Shown here one piece after another: positions 1-10,203 of a stretch of 64,000 bases of DNA; within the stretch, counting starts at the first letter, position 1, and each line of letters starts with the position of its first letter. Source of the DNA: an uncultured delta proteobacterium (lineage in GTDB: Bacteria; Desulfobacterota; Binatia; Binatales; Binataceae). Location of the stretch: the NCBI GenBank assembly GCA_963724765.1, contig CAVRVY010000001.1, positions 928,001-992,000 on the forward strand. The letters are read 5' to 3'. Below the pieces are notes generated by a model, which did no database searches, was not told where the DNA came from, and saw only the letters and a program-made list of their open reading frames with translations. Position numbers and translations under genes: made by a program.

Positions 1-353
1 GAGACCTTGCGGACCATCGCGGCCCGAATCTGCTTGACCAGATGCGCCGGCCGCAGGCCTACCGGACAAACTTCTTCGCAGTTGCCGCAGGTGGTGCAGT
101 TGAAAAAGCGCTCGATCAACGAGTTGACCGGCAGCTCCTCACCTTCCAGCATCGCGCGCGCCGCAGCCAGATAACCCTTGCCCGAATAACCGGGCGCGAG
201 GTTGTGATGGGCGAGCGTGGGGCATACATGCTGAATTCCTCGCTCTTCCCAGTGCATTTCGACGCAATAATTGCAGCGTAGGCAGTGATAAAGGTTCTCC
301 ACGAAGGGTTCGGCCGCCTGAGCCAGTGCCGTCTTTATCGCACCTTGCGCCAT
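1..353 (-). CDS. (Fe-S)-binding oxidoreductase, 5' part (GlcF/HdrD-like N-terminal 4Fe-4S dicluster); runs off the window
   Basis: Manual translation from ATG at 353: MAQGAIK...CLRCNYC...CP...CTTCGNCEEVCP; not in ORF track because partial. Confidence 0.8.
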   Translation of the reverse strand, partial: MAQGAIKTALAQAAEPFVENLYHCLRCNYCVEMHWEERGIQHVCPTLAHHNLAPGYSGKGYLAAARAMLEGEELPVNSLIERFFNCTTCGNCEEVCPVGLRPAHLVKQIRAAMVRKV

Positions 354-688
354 CTAACACCCGAGCGAAATTTTCAATTTCAACCCTTATCGATACTCAG
401 CCGATATTCGCAAACGCAACACGCGGTTTGCAAACCGTGAAAAGTGCCTCAGGGCCAACGGTGGCGTACTGTTCGACCGAGCAAAATTGGACCTTGCTTC
501 ATTTTGAGGTCCTACGACCAAAGTCCAGTTTCAAATGATTTTGCCTTGGACAATTATCTGTCAATGCGGCGAGCCGCTCTCACAGGCAAGCCCGCACGGA
601 CACGAGCCTCAGCAAGGATAGGGCACCGAACAGCGCAGGAGCAGTCACGCGAAAAGCTATGTCATAAATAACATTAGGGAAAAAACCA

Positions 689-1222
689 ATGATTAACAGA
701 ATCGAATTCCTATGCTTATTGAAACGAGCCGGCTGCTGGTCAATCGCTGGTGCAGTACTGTCAGTAACCATGCTCCTTCCAATTCGCGCCGCCGCCCAGA
801 GTGAACTGTACGCTTATCCCTTAAAGAAGCAGAGTAACGAACAACAGGATAGAGATCGCTATGAATGTCATTCCTGGGCGGTCCGACAAACCGGATACGA
901 TCCGAGCAGAGCTTACCCAAGCGATCCTACCCACCTTGATCCGCAGCCCTATCGGCCATCGCAGCCGCACGTCGTGAAAGGTGCGGCTCGTGGCGCCGCG
1001 CTCGGTGCGGTCGGAGGTGCGATAACCGGCAACGCGGGCGGGGGAGCGGCAGCCGGAGCGGCGATGGGTGGGCTGGCTGGCGGCTTTCGCCGAAGAGACG
1101 AGAAGCGCCAATCCGCCGCTCAGCAGCAAGCCAAGGCATCGTCAGCGGTCACGTCGCAACAATCGAAGTACACGCGGGCAATGGCCGCATGTCTGGAGGG
1201 CCGGGGATATAGCGTGAAGTAG
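689..1222 (+). CDS. Exported YMGG-like glycine-zipper protein
   Basis: Signal peptide, YP..QS.EQQDRDRYECH.WA, GAARGAALGAVGGAITG zipper, ACLEGRGYSVK end; paralog at 21522-22070. Confidence 0.8.
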   Translation: MINRIEFLCLLKRAGCWSIAGAVLSVTMLLPIRAAAQSELYAYPLKKQSNEQQDRDRYECHSWAVRQTGYDPSRAYPSDPTHLDPQPYRPSQPHVVKGAARGAALGAVGGAITGNAGGGAAAGAAMGGLAGGFRRRDEKRQSAAQQQAKASSAVTSQQSKYTRAMAACLEGRGYSVK

Positions 1223-1295
1223 CTTTGCTTGTCCCGACGCGCTGCGACGCGGGTTCCATTCGTCGGGCTGTGATCGTCGTGCCCGCTGTGGCCGA

Positions 1296-1600
1296 CTACG
1301 CATCGTGGTCGGCTGGCTGCGTCGATAGCGCCGCGCAAAGCAGCGGCAGCGCGGCCGCCACGACGCTCAGGATCACGTACGTGCGGCGCCATCCGAGATG
1401 CATGATGAGTTCGCCCGAGAGCGGCACAATCGCGAGCGTGCGGCTCCAATTCCCCCGACGGCTAGGACGAGCGCCGTGTTGCGCCGCCGATCGAACCATC
1501 CCGCTGAGCGCGAAATAGAGCGCGGCTGCGATCGAGAAGATCGCCGAAGTGGCCTCGCGGGTGGTGCCGAACTCCTGCGCTATCGGCTTGAAGACGCATC
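1296..1600 (-). pseudogene. Internally deleted MFS transporter remnant
   Basis: VFKPIAQEFGTTREATSAIFSIAAALYF joined to LIMHLGWRRTYVIL; MFS-like segments with the intervening helices missing. Confidence 0.5.
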
Positions 1601-1936
1601 GAAGCTGTATGCCACGCCGAAGAAGGTGAAGCAGGCGAGGGATCCCTTCGCGACTGTCGAACACGCGCGGTCGAGTCGAAGGTTTCGCCAATGACGGCGT
1701 TTGTGTTAGCTTTCTGACCCGACAAGATCACTTATGAGTTTGTTTGGCGCGTTTCTATAGGACGCCAGCCAGCCAGGCGTGGCACATCATGCCATGACGA
1801 TAAAGCGCTCCGAATGGTCGTCGGAGGACGCCCTGTCTTGGTTAGGCCGTTTGTACTGACCGCTTGCCGTCCAATCAGAATGATAAGCGTATCTTCCGAA
1901 CCGACGGTAGAGACTAACATGGAGCGTCTAAGACAG

Positions 1937-1965
1937 TTGACAAAGTATCATAGATGGAATAGCAT
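1937..1965 (+). promoter_or_regulatory. Putative sigma70 promoter of the tad genes
   Basis: TTGACA-17 nt-TAGCAT upstream of ATG 2019. Confidence 0.5.
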
Positions 1966-2018
1966 AAGAAAGAACAAATTAGACCGCAACAAGGCCGAGA
2001 CGCGCTAAGGACGCACGT

Positions 2019-2543
2019 ATGCCAATGATTAGGCACCGCATAGCGAACGGAGCGAATCCGACCCTCCCTATGAGGGTCCGAGCTCGCAGGCCTTGGCCAA
2101 TCAGCGGACAGGCCTTGGTCGAATTTCTCCTGGTCGCACCGTTGTTCTTCTTTCTGATCTTCGCGGTGTTCGATTTCGGACGCCTGTTCCTTGTGGAAAT
2201 GGAAATTGAAAATGCGGTGCAGGAGGCGGCTCGGTTCGCTTCCACAGGGGACCACCTCCCGGATCCCAATAATTCCGGGCAGTCTCTCTCGCGCGTGAAC
2301 TCGATCATCGCGACCGTTCAACAGGCGGCGTTTGGCACGGAGATAACGAACATTCAGATCTCGAGCTTGCTGGGCGGTAACGGCAGCGCGGGCGGCCCGG
2401 GAGACACGGTCACGGTCGCAGTCACCACCAACCTCAAGCTGATGACGCCGATCGTCGCGCGTGGTTTTCCGAATGGGGCCTATACTTTCATATCGAGCGC
2501 CACTTTCAAAAATGAGCCTTTCCCCGCCAGCGAGACGAATTAA
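2019..2543 (+). CDS. tadE: TadE-family pseudopilin
   Basis: GQALVEFLLVAPLFFFLIFAVFDFGR prepilin motif, EAARFA. Confidence 0.85.
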   Translation: MPMIRHRIANGANPTLPMRVRARRPWPISGQALVEFLLVAPLFFFLIFAVFDFGRLFLVEMEIENAVQEAARFASTGDHLPDPNNSGQSLSRVNSIIATVQQAAFGTEITNIQISSLLGGNGSAGGPGDTVTVAVTTNLKLMTPIVARGFPNGAYTFISSATFKNEPFPASETN

Positions 2544-2557
2544 TTGGGAGTAGCAGC

Positions 2558-3121
2558 ATGAGACACTCATGGCATCCCGGTTCAGTGGGCAGGAGGATGG
2601 CAGCGGGCGAATCCGGCCAGGCGGCGGTGGAGTTTGCGCTCGTTGCGGGCCTGATGCTCGTGCTCTTCTGCATGGTGGTCGATTTCAGTCGCGCGATCCA
2701 CGACGTACAGGTTATGGCAGGCCTATCCAGGGAAGGCTCCAACCTGGCATCGCGCGGGACCGATCTGTTGGACTCCGCCAATGCCGTGCTTAGCGGGGAC
2801 TCGCCATTGAATTTGAGCATCAACGGAGAAGTGATCATCACTTCGGTCACCAACACTACGACCAGCGGCCGCGGCGGAAGAGGGACGACTTATTTAATTA
2901 ACGATCAGCAGCATGCTGGGCTGAATACCCAGACCAGCAAGGTGGGGAACCTGAGCTCACCAACGACAGTGACTCTGCCAGCATCGGTAGCCGACATGCT
3001 GCTGCCCGGCCAGACGACTTACGTAACGGAGGTATTCTACTCATACAAGCCGGTAACTCCGATTCATAATTTGCTGAAGCTGGTGATGCCTTCGACCCTA
3101 TATCAGGTGGCGTACTTCTAG
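2558..3121 (+). CDS. TadE/TadF-family pseudopilin
   Basis: GQAAVEFALVA...DFSR, REGSNLASR, EVFYSYKP. Confidence 0.8.
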   Translation: MRHSWHPGSVGRRMAAGESGQAAVEFALVAGLMLVLFCMVVDFSRAIHDVQVMAGLSREGSNLASRGTDLLDSANAVLSGDSPLNLSINGEVIITSVTNTTTSGRGGRGTTYLINDQQHAGLNTQTSKVGNLSSPTTVTLPASVADMLLPGQTTYVTEVFYSYKPVTPIHNLLKLVMPSTLYQVAYF

Positions 3122-3171
3122 GACCTGGGAGAGGACATTACTCATTTAAGACCGGGGAGAGGACTAGTCAC

Positions 3172-4380
3172 TTGGGGTTAACTAACAATCAACGATACGC
3201 GCGCGCGCAAATCTTCGCGCTGTTTGCGCTCAGCCTTCCAATTGTCATCCTATTCGTCGGTCTCGCAATTGACCTTGGCTTTGCCTTCGTCGCGCGGGCT
3301 GACCTCTCGAAGGCCGTCGATGCCGCCGCGCTCGCGGCCATGCGCAACATCGGCAATCCCAGCGCCAATCCCACGACGATCGCGCAAAGCGCCTTCGATG
3401 CCAATTATGGAGGGGGGGTTGGACGCGAAGTGGCTCCGCCCGTGCTCAATGTCGGCATTACTACGGATGCCAACAACAACGCGGTGATAAACGTCAGCGC
3501 CACCGCCACGATCAACACCTTCTTTCTCGGCGTGCTGCCGGGGTTTAGAACCTTGCAGGTCAGTTCCAGCGCCCAGGCGACCCGCCCCAAACTGATCATG
3601 GCGCTGGTGCTGGACAAATCGAACTCCATGAATAAGAACGGCGGAGCGCAAGCGCTTCCAACTGCGGTCACGAACTTTCTGCAATTCTTCGACAATACCA
3701 CGGATCAGGTCGCGGAAATCAGTTTCTCCTCGGTCCCGAGCGTCGACGTCCCCATCGAGACAAATTTCGTGGCCCCCATAACCAAAGCGGTCGATAATAT
3801 GGTGTTCAGCGGCGCCACCTATTCGCAAGGCGGACTGTTGGATGGGCAGACTCAGATCAACAGCGTGACCGTGGCGTCGGGCGAAGACGTGGTCAAGGTC
3901 GCCATCTTCTTTACCGACGGCTGGGCCAACACGGTCGAGGACAAGCTGAATTGCCCTCCGTCCACGCTGCTGAACTTTGGCGGATGCGCTCCTAACGAGG
4001 CTACCTTGGGTTGGTGCAGCGGCATCTCTTTCCTGAATCCGACCACGGGCAATGGGGTCAACTGCGGTGCGACGAGTTTCCCCTCGGAGCAGACAGGTGG
4101 GTCGTTGTCGCTTACGCAGCAGAACATCGCCAATGAAGCCGCGTATCGCGCGGTACAAGTGGCAAATACCATGCGTACCCAGGGTATCGTGGTTTATTCG
4201 ATCGGCTTGGGTGACCTGATCAGCGAGCCTTTTCTCCACCAGATCGCCAATGACAGTGACAGCACCACGTACGATTCCAGCGAACCGGTGGGACAGGCGG
4301 TGTTCTCAGCCAATGGGAGCGGTTTGGACAGCGCCTTTCAGACCATCGCTTCGGCGATCCTTTTGCGCCTGTCACGATAG
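3172..4380 (+). CDS. tadG: TadG-like pilus protein with vWA domain
   Basis: GLAIDLG...AVDAAALAA N-terminus; MIDAS DKSNSM, FFTDG, VYSIGLG. Confidence 0.85.
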   Translation: MGLTNNQRYARAQIFALFALSLPIVILFVGLAIDLGFAFVARADLSKAVDAAALAAMRNIGNPSANPTTIAQSAFDANYGGGVGREVAPPVLNVGITTDANNNAVINVSATATINTFFLGVLPGFRTLQVSSSAQATRPKLIMALVLDKSNSMNKNGGAQALPTAVTNFLQFFDNTTDQVAEISFSSVPSVDVPIETNFVAPITKAVDNMVFSGATYSQGGLLDGQTQINSVTVASGEDVVKVAIFFTDGWANTVEDKLNCPPSTLLNFGGCAPNEATLGWCSGISFLNPTTGNGVNCGATSFPSEQTGGSLSLTQQNIANEAAYRAVQVANTMRTQGIVVYSIGLGDLISEPFLHQIANDSDSTTYDSSEPVGQAVFSANGSGLDSAFQTIASAILLRLSR

Positions 4381-4573
4381 AACCTGGAGCGGTTTTCGTC
4401 CCGAATCGCAGAGCCGAGGCGGAGGCGACTCAGCGGCATCCGGACCGTTGGTGCTAGCCCGCGCCATGGCGTTCCACGCGCATCGCGAAGGGCGCCCCTT
4501 CGCTTTATTCGATGGCGATACCTCGCGGCTAAGATCTCTAGGCAGGATATCGCAGCACTGGCGGGAAGAAAGT

Positions 4574-4624
4574 TGGTTGCCGAGGGCAAGACTTGAACCC
4601 GCATGTGCTTGCGCACGGAGGATT
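4574..4624 (-). repeat. Degenerate tRNA-Leu 3' fragment (att site, left end of island)
   Basis: TGGTTGCCGAGGGCAAGACTTGAACCCGCATGTGCTTGCGCACGGAGGATT matches 47727-47776 with 1 insertion and 2 substitutions. Confidence 0.85.
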
Positions 4625-4741
4625 CACCCGACAGATAGACGGCGATGCGTCGTGATCTGTCATTATCAAGCATAATCAAGGCTTTTTTCGATCCATCGGG
4701 ACCGCCAAAGAACCCGTTCAGACCGATAGCGCTCGATAGAA

Positions 4742-4762
4742 CAGCCAAAGTCGAGCCAAAGT
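4742..4762 (+). repeat. Putative integrase arm-type sites
   Basis: CAGCCAAAGT and GAGCCAAAGT with 11-bp period; same motif at 47628-47687. Confidence 0.65.
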
Positions 4763-4927
4763 CAAAGGCGATCCGACCCTCTTCGATCGCCATTAATTCC
4801 GAATCCGAAATTCAGGTCAACTCCGAGCCGCAATCTCGAGCGCGGCGACGATCATCGCTGCGCACGAGCGTGGGGGTGCGCCGACGGATCGTCGAGCGCG
4901 ATCTCGGGACGCTCAGTGAGGTGTAGT

Positions 4928-5596
4928 ATGGCCGCAAATCCTTACGTCGAAGCGCGTCGCGAGTGGGATGAGCGTTACGCTGATCTCGTTCTCGGCAAAC
5001 GCAACTGGCAGATAGCGGCCGGCGGGCTGCTGCTGCTCGCGCTGATTCTCGCCAGCGGGATGGTCTGGCTCATCAGCCGAAGCCGCTACATTCCCTACGT
5101 CGTCGAAGTCGACAAACTCGGATACGCGCTGACCGTTCCGCAGCCGCTGACGCCCGTCTCCGTTCCGGATGTAACCGCGCGAATGCAGCGCTACGAAGTC
5201 GCGGCATTTATTCGCAATGCGCGGTCGGTCACCAGCGATTCGCAGGTCGAACATCAGATGCTCAATGCGCTGCTCGCACATGCACGCGGCGCGGCGGACA
5301 GATTCCTCGACGCCTACTACCACTCCGACGGCTTCACTCATAACCCTTTCAAACTCGCGGAAAAGCAAACCGTTTCGATCCAGATCGATTCGATTCTCCA
5401 GCTCTCGCCCAGCAGCTACCAGGTGCGCTGGTCGGAGCAGCAACGCGATCTGAACGGAGTCGTTATCGGAGCGCCCACGCACTGGGAGGCGGTACTGCAG
5501 ACGCAGATCGTCCCACCCAATTCCGACGCCGCGATCATAAGCAATCCGCTCGGATTTTACGTGACGCAGATCACCTGGACCGAGCAACAGGGATAG
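4928..5596 (+). CDS. trbF: T4SS VirB8/TrbF
   Basis: NPYVEARREWDERY, PYVVEVD, SYQVRWSE, NPLGFYV. Confidence 0.9.
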   Translation: MAANPYVEARREWDERYADLVLGKRNWQIAAGGLLLLALILASGMVWLISRSRYIPYVVEVDKLGYALTVPQPLTPVSVPDVTARMQRYEVAAFIRNARSVTSDSQVEHQMLNALLAHARGAADRFLDAYYHSDGFTHNPFKLAEKQTVSIQIDSILQLSPSSYQVRWSEQQRDLNGVVIGAPTHWEAVLQTQIVPPNSDAAIISNPLGFYVTQITWTEQQG

Positions 5597-5620
5597 ACGG
5601 ACCAGAAGGGAGGAAGCGCG

Positions 5621-6568
5621 ATGAAGTCTATAGCCGCTGGCAGTGTGACGTTCGCACTCTTGCTGAGTGCATGTGCGAGTCAACAACAACCGCCCGCGCC
5701 ACCGCCGCTGAAAATCGTAACAGAGGCTCCGGCTGAGTCGGGCGCAACACCACCACCGCCGACCGGAGCGCAACTGCTCGCGCAGCAGCCAGCCGAAGTG
5801 CAAGCCGCGATCAAAGAGCATCAGCAAAATGGCAAATGGCCCGTCTACCGAACGTCCGAGTACACGCTCTATCCGTACAACCAAAAACCGGAGCCGGCGG
5901 TCGATTGCTCGCCACTGCGCACCACCGACATTCAGCTGCAGCCGGGCGAGACGATCACCGACGTTGCACTGGGAGATACCGAGCGCTGGATGGCGACGCC
6001 GGCCGCCTCCGGCGACCCGCGCAATGCTGTTCCTCATCTGGCGGTGAAGCCGCAGGTTCCGGGAATCGAAACCAACCTGACGATCTACACGACGAAGCAT
6101 ATTTACCACTTGCTGCTCCGGTCGCGCGGACGCGCGATGCAAGAGGTGGAGTTCTACTACCCCGACGAGCTGTCCACGGCGATGAAAGATGCCGACGCTG
6201 CCTCCGCGAGCGCCAAGCAGGAAGAGGCCGATCCGCCGGGTGATTCCGACAACGTCGTGAAGGTGGCTGCGGTCGATCCGGCACAGCTTAACTTTGCCTA
6301 CACCGTCGCAGGGCCAAACATTCCGTGGAAGCCCATTCGTGCCTTCGATGACGGCTCTCACGTGTATGTGCAGATGCCGGCCGGAATGAAGTCGAGTGAG
6401 ACTCCCGCGCTGCTCATCAACGCCGGCAGCGGAACCCAGATGGTGAACTACCGGGTCAAAGGAAATTACTACGTCGTCGACCGGCTCTTCAGCGACGCGA
6501 TCCTGGTTTCCGGCGTCGGCCGCGATCAGGACCGCGTGACCATCTCCTATGCAGGCGGAACGAGGTAA
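5621..6568 (+). CDS. trbG: T4SS VirB9/TrbG
   Basis: TDIQLQPGE, GDTERW, LNFAY, WKPIRAFDDG, VNYRV, YVVDRLF. Confidence 0.9.
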   Translation: MKSIAAGSVTFALLLSACASQQQPPAPPPLKIVTEAPAESGATPPPPTGAQLLAQQPAEVQAAIKEHQQNGKWPVYRTSEYTLYPYNQKPEPAVDCSPLRTTDIQLQPGETITDVALGDTERWMATPAASGDPRNAVPHLAVKPQVPGIETNLTIYTTKHIYHLLLRSRGRAMQEVEFYYPDELSTAMKDADAASASAKQEEADPPGDSDNVVKVAAVDPAQLNFAYTVAGPNIPWKPIRAFDDGSHVYVQMPAGMKSSETPALLINAGSGTQMVNYRVKGNYYVVDRLFSDAILVSGVGRDQDRVTISYAGGTR

Positions 6569-6573
6569 CGGTC

Positions 6574-7698
6574 ATGGCAACTGCAGACCTGATCCAGGAA
6601 CAGGAAGAGCAGGAACAGGAGCACCTCGGGGGCGGCCGGTTCAATCGCCTCCTCGGCGTTGTTTTCGTCGCGGTCGCGATGGTCGGAGGAGTGGCGCTTG
6701 CACTCGGTGTCCAGTCCTCAGGAAGCAGTCAGAGCTCCGCTTCCCAGAAATTGGCGGACGACCCAGGCTCGGCAGCCCGAGACCGGGGCGAAATCGAGGA
6801 CCTCGCAGCTCATGGCGCACTGCCTCACGCGGTGCCGACGGTGGTGTCGATACCGGCCCTGCCGATCTCACAGGCCCCCGTTCAGCCCAGCGCGCCCAAG
6901 CCTCCCAGCCGGTACGCGCAATGGGCCGAAGAGAAGTACATGAAGGCGCTCGAATCGCCGGAGATGGTGCAGGCGTTTCATAGCGGCGGAACCCTGGAGA
7001 TCGCGAGCGCTAAAGGACAGCAAGCCGACTCGTATATTTCCGGTGATCAAAGCAACCCGACGATAAGCGTTCATCCCGCAGCTTCGCCCTACACGGTGAT
7101 GGCTGGAAGCATTCTTCCAGCTGTCCTGATTAGCGGCATCAATTCGGATCTGCCTGGACCGATACTCGCACAGGTCAGCCAGAACGTGCTCGACAGCGCG
7201 ACCGGAAGGTCAGTTCTCATCCCGCAGGGGAGCCGCCTCATAGGCGCCTATCAGAATGCGTCTTCATACGGTCAGCAGCGGGTTCAGATCGCGTGGCAGC
7301 GGCTTATCTTTCCGAACACCGCCAGCATGAATCTGCCGATGATGCCCGGCGCCGATCAGAGCGGCTACGCCGGCTTCTCCGATCAGGTCGATCACCACTA
7401 TCTCGCAACGTTTGGAACTGCCGCCGTGATGAGCCTGATCAGCGCCGGCCAGGCCGTCGGCCAGATGGCTGCATTCGGCGGCGGCACCTACGGACCCTAT
7501 GGCTACTACCAGCCGAATCAATGGGCGATGGCGAGCCAGACGGCCGGTTCAGCCGCCTCGGGACAGTTCGGGTCCCTGGGTCAGCAGATGATGGGGCAGG
7601 GATTGAATCGGCCGCCAACGATTGAAATCCGGCCGGGCTACCAGTTCGACGTGATGGTTACCCAGGACCTCGTATTCCCCGGCCCCTATGGGAAGTGA
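6574..7698 (+). CDS. trbI: T4SS VirB10/TrbI
   Basis: GINSDLPG, LIPQGSRLIG, GYAGFSDQVDHH, PTIEIRPG. Confidence 0.9.
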   Translation: MATADLIQEQEEQEQEHLGGGRFNRLLGVVFVAVAMVGGVALALGVQSSGSSQSSASQKLADDPGSAARDRGEIEDLAAHGALPHAVPTVVSIPALPISQAPVQPSAPKPPSRYAQWAEEKYMKALESPEMVQAFHSGGTLEIASAKGQQADSYISGDQSNPTISVHPAASPYTVMAGSILPAVLISGINSDLPGPILAQVSQNVLDSATGRSVLIPQGSRLIGAYQNASSYGQQRVQIAWQRLIFPNTASMNLPMMPGADQSGYAGFSDQVDHHYLATFGTAAVMSLISAGQAVGQMAAFGGGTYGPYGYYQPNQWAMASQTAGSAASGQFGSLGQQMMGQGLNRPPTIEIRPGYQFDVMVTQDLVFPGPYGK

Positions 7699-7730
7699 GT
7701 CTGCAATCCAATCCGCGAAGGAGAAATGCG

Positions 7731-7976
7731 ATGGGAGTTCTCAAACGCAAACAGGAAAGCGAAGCGATCACCTTCAAGCTGCCCGCCTCGTTAAAGCGTG
7801 AGATCGAGCAACTGCGCAGCCGGGCCGAAGACGCCGGCTTCGATCTCGGCGAGACGATTACGGCTGCAATGTGGCGGCTCTGCAAGCAGATCAAGACCGA
7901 GCTCGAATGTGCGCCTCGTCCGGGCCGGAAACTGAATGGCCGTGCAACTGAAGCTTCGACGGAGAAAGTGCAGTGA
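7731..7976 (+). CDS. Small RHH-like DNA-binding protein (possible relaxosome accessory)
   Basis: AITFKLPASLKREIEQL beta-helix pattern; AGGAG RBS. Confidence 0.5.
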   Translation: MGVLKRKQESEAITFKLPASLKREIEQLRSRAEDAGFDLGETITAAMWRLCKQIKTELECAPRPGRKLNGRATEASTEKVQ

Positions 7977-7989
7977 CGATTTTCAGGAA

Positions 7990-8090
7990 TTTCTCCGCCG
8001 CTTTGCGGCGCGCGGAAGGAGTGGATTCGGAGGGTGCGCTGGAGAGGGGGAAGGGCCGGTCGTTCGTAGAGCAAGATAAAGGACCTGCGG
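7990..8090. other. Candidate oriT
   Basis: Minus strand TATCTTGC (8071-8078) resembles MOBP nic TATCCTG/C; CGCCGC-TTT-GCGGCG hairpin upstream; lies just before traF-relaxase. Confidence 0.35.
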
Positions 8091-8154
8091 TACGGCACGG
8101 CATTTTCGGCGGATTCTCGAACGAACTCGCGGCCTTTCCCCCTCGGAGGCGGCC

Positions 8155-8760
8155 ATGACCAGGACACTGTACAGCACGGCAGAAAACCCCGCCGGATCGC
8201 TTGCTCAGCGCCTGCATTTTCAGCGTCTGGAAGGCGCTCGCGGACCCATCGGGACGATGGTCGGAGTTGCGATTGCAGTCGCGCTTCTGATTGCAGTCGG
8301 CGTTGCGTTCGGCGTGCTGATTTCGAATACCGACAGTGCCGCTCCCGCCGGGGTCTATCGCCTTGTATCCGCCAAATTCCAACGTGGCGATCTGGTCGCT
8401 GTCTGCCTGCCGACTGAGATCGCTCAGGAAGGTCTCGTCCACGGTTATCTACGCACCGGAGCGTGCGCTGGTAACGCGGAGCCGGTTGGCAAAATCGTGG
8501 GCGCCCTTGCCGGGGACGTTGTCGAGATCGAACCCGGATGGGTTGCGGTCAACGGTGTGCGGTTCAAGCGCAGCGCCCTGGCGACGCGTGACAGCGCGGG
8601 TCGTTCACTTCGGCATCTCGCGTGGGGCAGCTATCGAGTCGCGGTTGGCCAGGTGTGGCTGTTCGGTTTTAACGATCGCCGGAGCTGGGATTCGCGCTAT
8701 TTCGGCCCGGTTCCGCTCGCGAACGTACGCGGCGGGATCGAGCCGGTGATCACTTGGTGA
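8155..8760 (+). CDS. traF: Conjugative pilin-processing S26 peptidase TraF
   Basis: SNTDSAAPAGVYR, K.VGALAGD, SWDSRYFGPV. Confidence 0.85.
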   Translation: MTRTLYSTAENPAGSLAQRLHFQRLEGARGPIGTMVGVAIAVALLIAVGVAFGVLISNTDSAAPAGVYRLVSAKFQRGDLVAVCLPTEIAQEGLVHGYLRTGACAGNAEPVGKIVGALAGDVVEIEPGWVAVNGVRFKRSALATRDSAGRSLRHLAWGSYRVAVGQVWLFGFNDRRSWDSRYFGPVPLANVRGGIEPVITW

Positions 8761-9182
8761 ATGCCATGAGCAGCAACGGTAACGGAAATGGAAATGGCAA
8801 CGGTCACAGCCCTGAGCAGGGACTACGAGTGCATCATCTCGCCAACCTAGGCGGACTGGTCGCACTGGCGGGGCTCGATCTGGAGCCACCGGACTTTCTG
8901 TTGGGCGCACTACTAAGCGTCGCGCAGGAGGCCACCAAACTTACGACTTCGCAGCGCGCGCTCGTTGCGACAATCGGGCGCAAGAAACTCGACGAACGGG
9001 CGACCGGCAAGCGCGCGTGGAAGTCATGGCGGCGCGCCCAGGATCTGCATGCGATCACGCTCAGCAGTGGTCAGGTGCGCGAGATCATCGAGGCGCTAGG
9101 CGGGCAGACACTGGAGAATCCGACCAAGCTGGTCCTAGCCCTCACCGAAGCATTGACCGAGGTCTGCGATGAAACGGCCTAG
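8754..9182 (+). CDS. Conjugal transfer TraD-like protein (Ti-plasmid type)
   Basis: LANLGGLVALAGL...LLGALL motif. Confidence 0.55.
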   Translation: MVNAMSSNGNGNGNGNGHSPEQGLRVHHLANLGGLVALAGLDLEPPDFLLGALLSVAQEATKLTTSQRALVATIGRKKLDERATGKRAWKSWRRAQDLHAITLSSGQVREIIEALGGQTLENPTKLVLALTEALTEVCDETA

Positions 9183-10203
9183 GTTCCTCCGCCAGAAGGA
9201 GGTCGATATCAAGCTCCGCCACGAACATGCCGAGCGTCCGCGCAAACTTGTGCCGTGGTGGGCGCGGGCATTGCGGCGGATGGGCGTGCGGCGAGGTCTG
9301 CGCCATCAGCAACCGAGCGGAAGCCTGAGCGGTATGCGTGCGGCGCGAGTCCGGGTTGCGGAACCACCAGCATACGCGCGGCGCAGCGTGGTCAAGGCGT
9401 CATTCTCGCGCAACCGCCGGAGCGGTGCGTGGGCAGCGCACGCGCGCTACCTCGCTCGCCCTGGCGCGCAACAGGAATTTGCCAAGGGGTTGGGGTTCGA
9501 CGCGGAGCGCGAGGAAATCGACATGCTCACCACGGTCAGAGACTGGGAAAAGAGCGACGAGCTGATGTGGCGCTTCATTGTGTCCCCCGAAGACGCGGAC
9601 CGTCTAAACCTTCGTGACCACGTGCGGGAACTGGTTGGTCAGATGGAACGCGACCTCGACACGAAGCTGGAGTGGGTCGCGATCGATCATCACAACACGG
9701 ACGACGCGCATGTTCATCTGCTGGTCCGTGGCGTTCGGGAGAACGGGAGGCCGTTAGAGATCAATCGTGAGTATTTGCGCTCGGGCATTCGTATCCGCAG
9801 CCAGGAGATCGCGACGCGCGAATTGGGTCCGCGGCTGGAGCCGGAGATGCTGCGGGCGCGTGAACGCGTCGTCAGACGCGAGCAGTGGACGGAGATCGAC
9901 CGGGCATTGCAGAGAAAGGCTGATGGAAATGGCCTCGTCACGTATGACCAGTTTCACCCGCACAGCGAGGTGGCGCGGATTCGAGCCGAACAGGAGATAG
10001 ATCGGCTGCAATTTCTTTCAGGACTTGGCCTTGCCCACCGGGTGGACGAACGAAGCTGGGAGCTTGCGCAGAACCATGAACGCGAGCTGCGTGAGCGGCA
10101 GGTCTCCAGGGACGTGGTCAAGAGTCGCGCCCACAGCCGTCAGCGCGGGATCGATGACGGCATGGATCGAGTTCGCGAACGCGGGAGCGAGCGCAATGGC
10201 TGA
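9169..10203 (+). CDS. VirD2/RlxS-like (MOBP) relaxase, short form
   Basis: HARYLAR (catalytic Tyr), RFIVSPED, WVAIDHHNTDDAHVHLLVRG. Confidence 0.85.
   Translation: MKRPRFLRQKEVDIKLRHEHAERPRKLVPWWARALRRMGVRRGLRHQQPSGSLSGMRAARVRVAEPPAYARRSVVKASFSRNRRSGAWAAHARYLARPGAQQEFAKGLGFDAEREEIDMLTTVRDWEKSDELMWRFIVSPEDADRLNLRDHVRELVGQMERDLDTKLEWVAIDHHNTDDAHVHLLVRGVRENGRPLEINREYLRSGIRIRSQEIATRELGPRLEPEMLRARERVVRREQWTEIDRALQRKADGNGLVTYDQFHPHSEVARIRAEQEIDRLQFLSGLGLAHRVDERSWELAQNHERELRERQVSRDVVKSRAHSRQRGIDDGMDRVRERGSERNG

Noticed and set aside
4913-6361. 482-aa minus ORF
   Set aside because: Antisense shadow of trbF/trbG
8770-8805. SNGNGNGNGNG repeat as a contingency locus
   Set aside because: Codons vary, so it is protein-level low complexity
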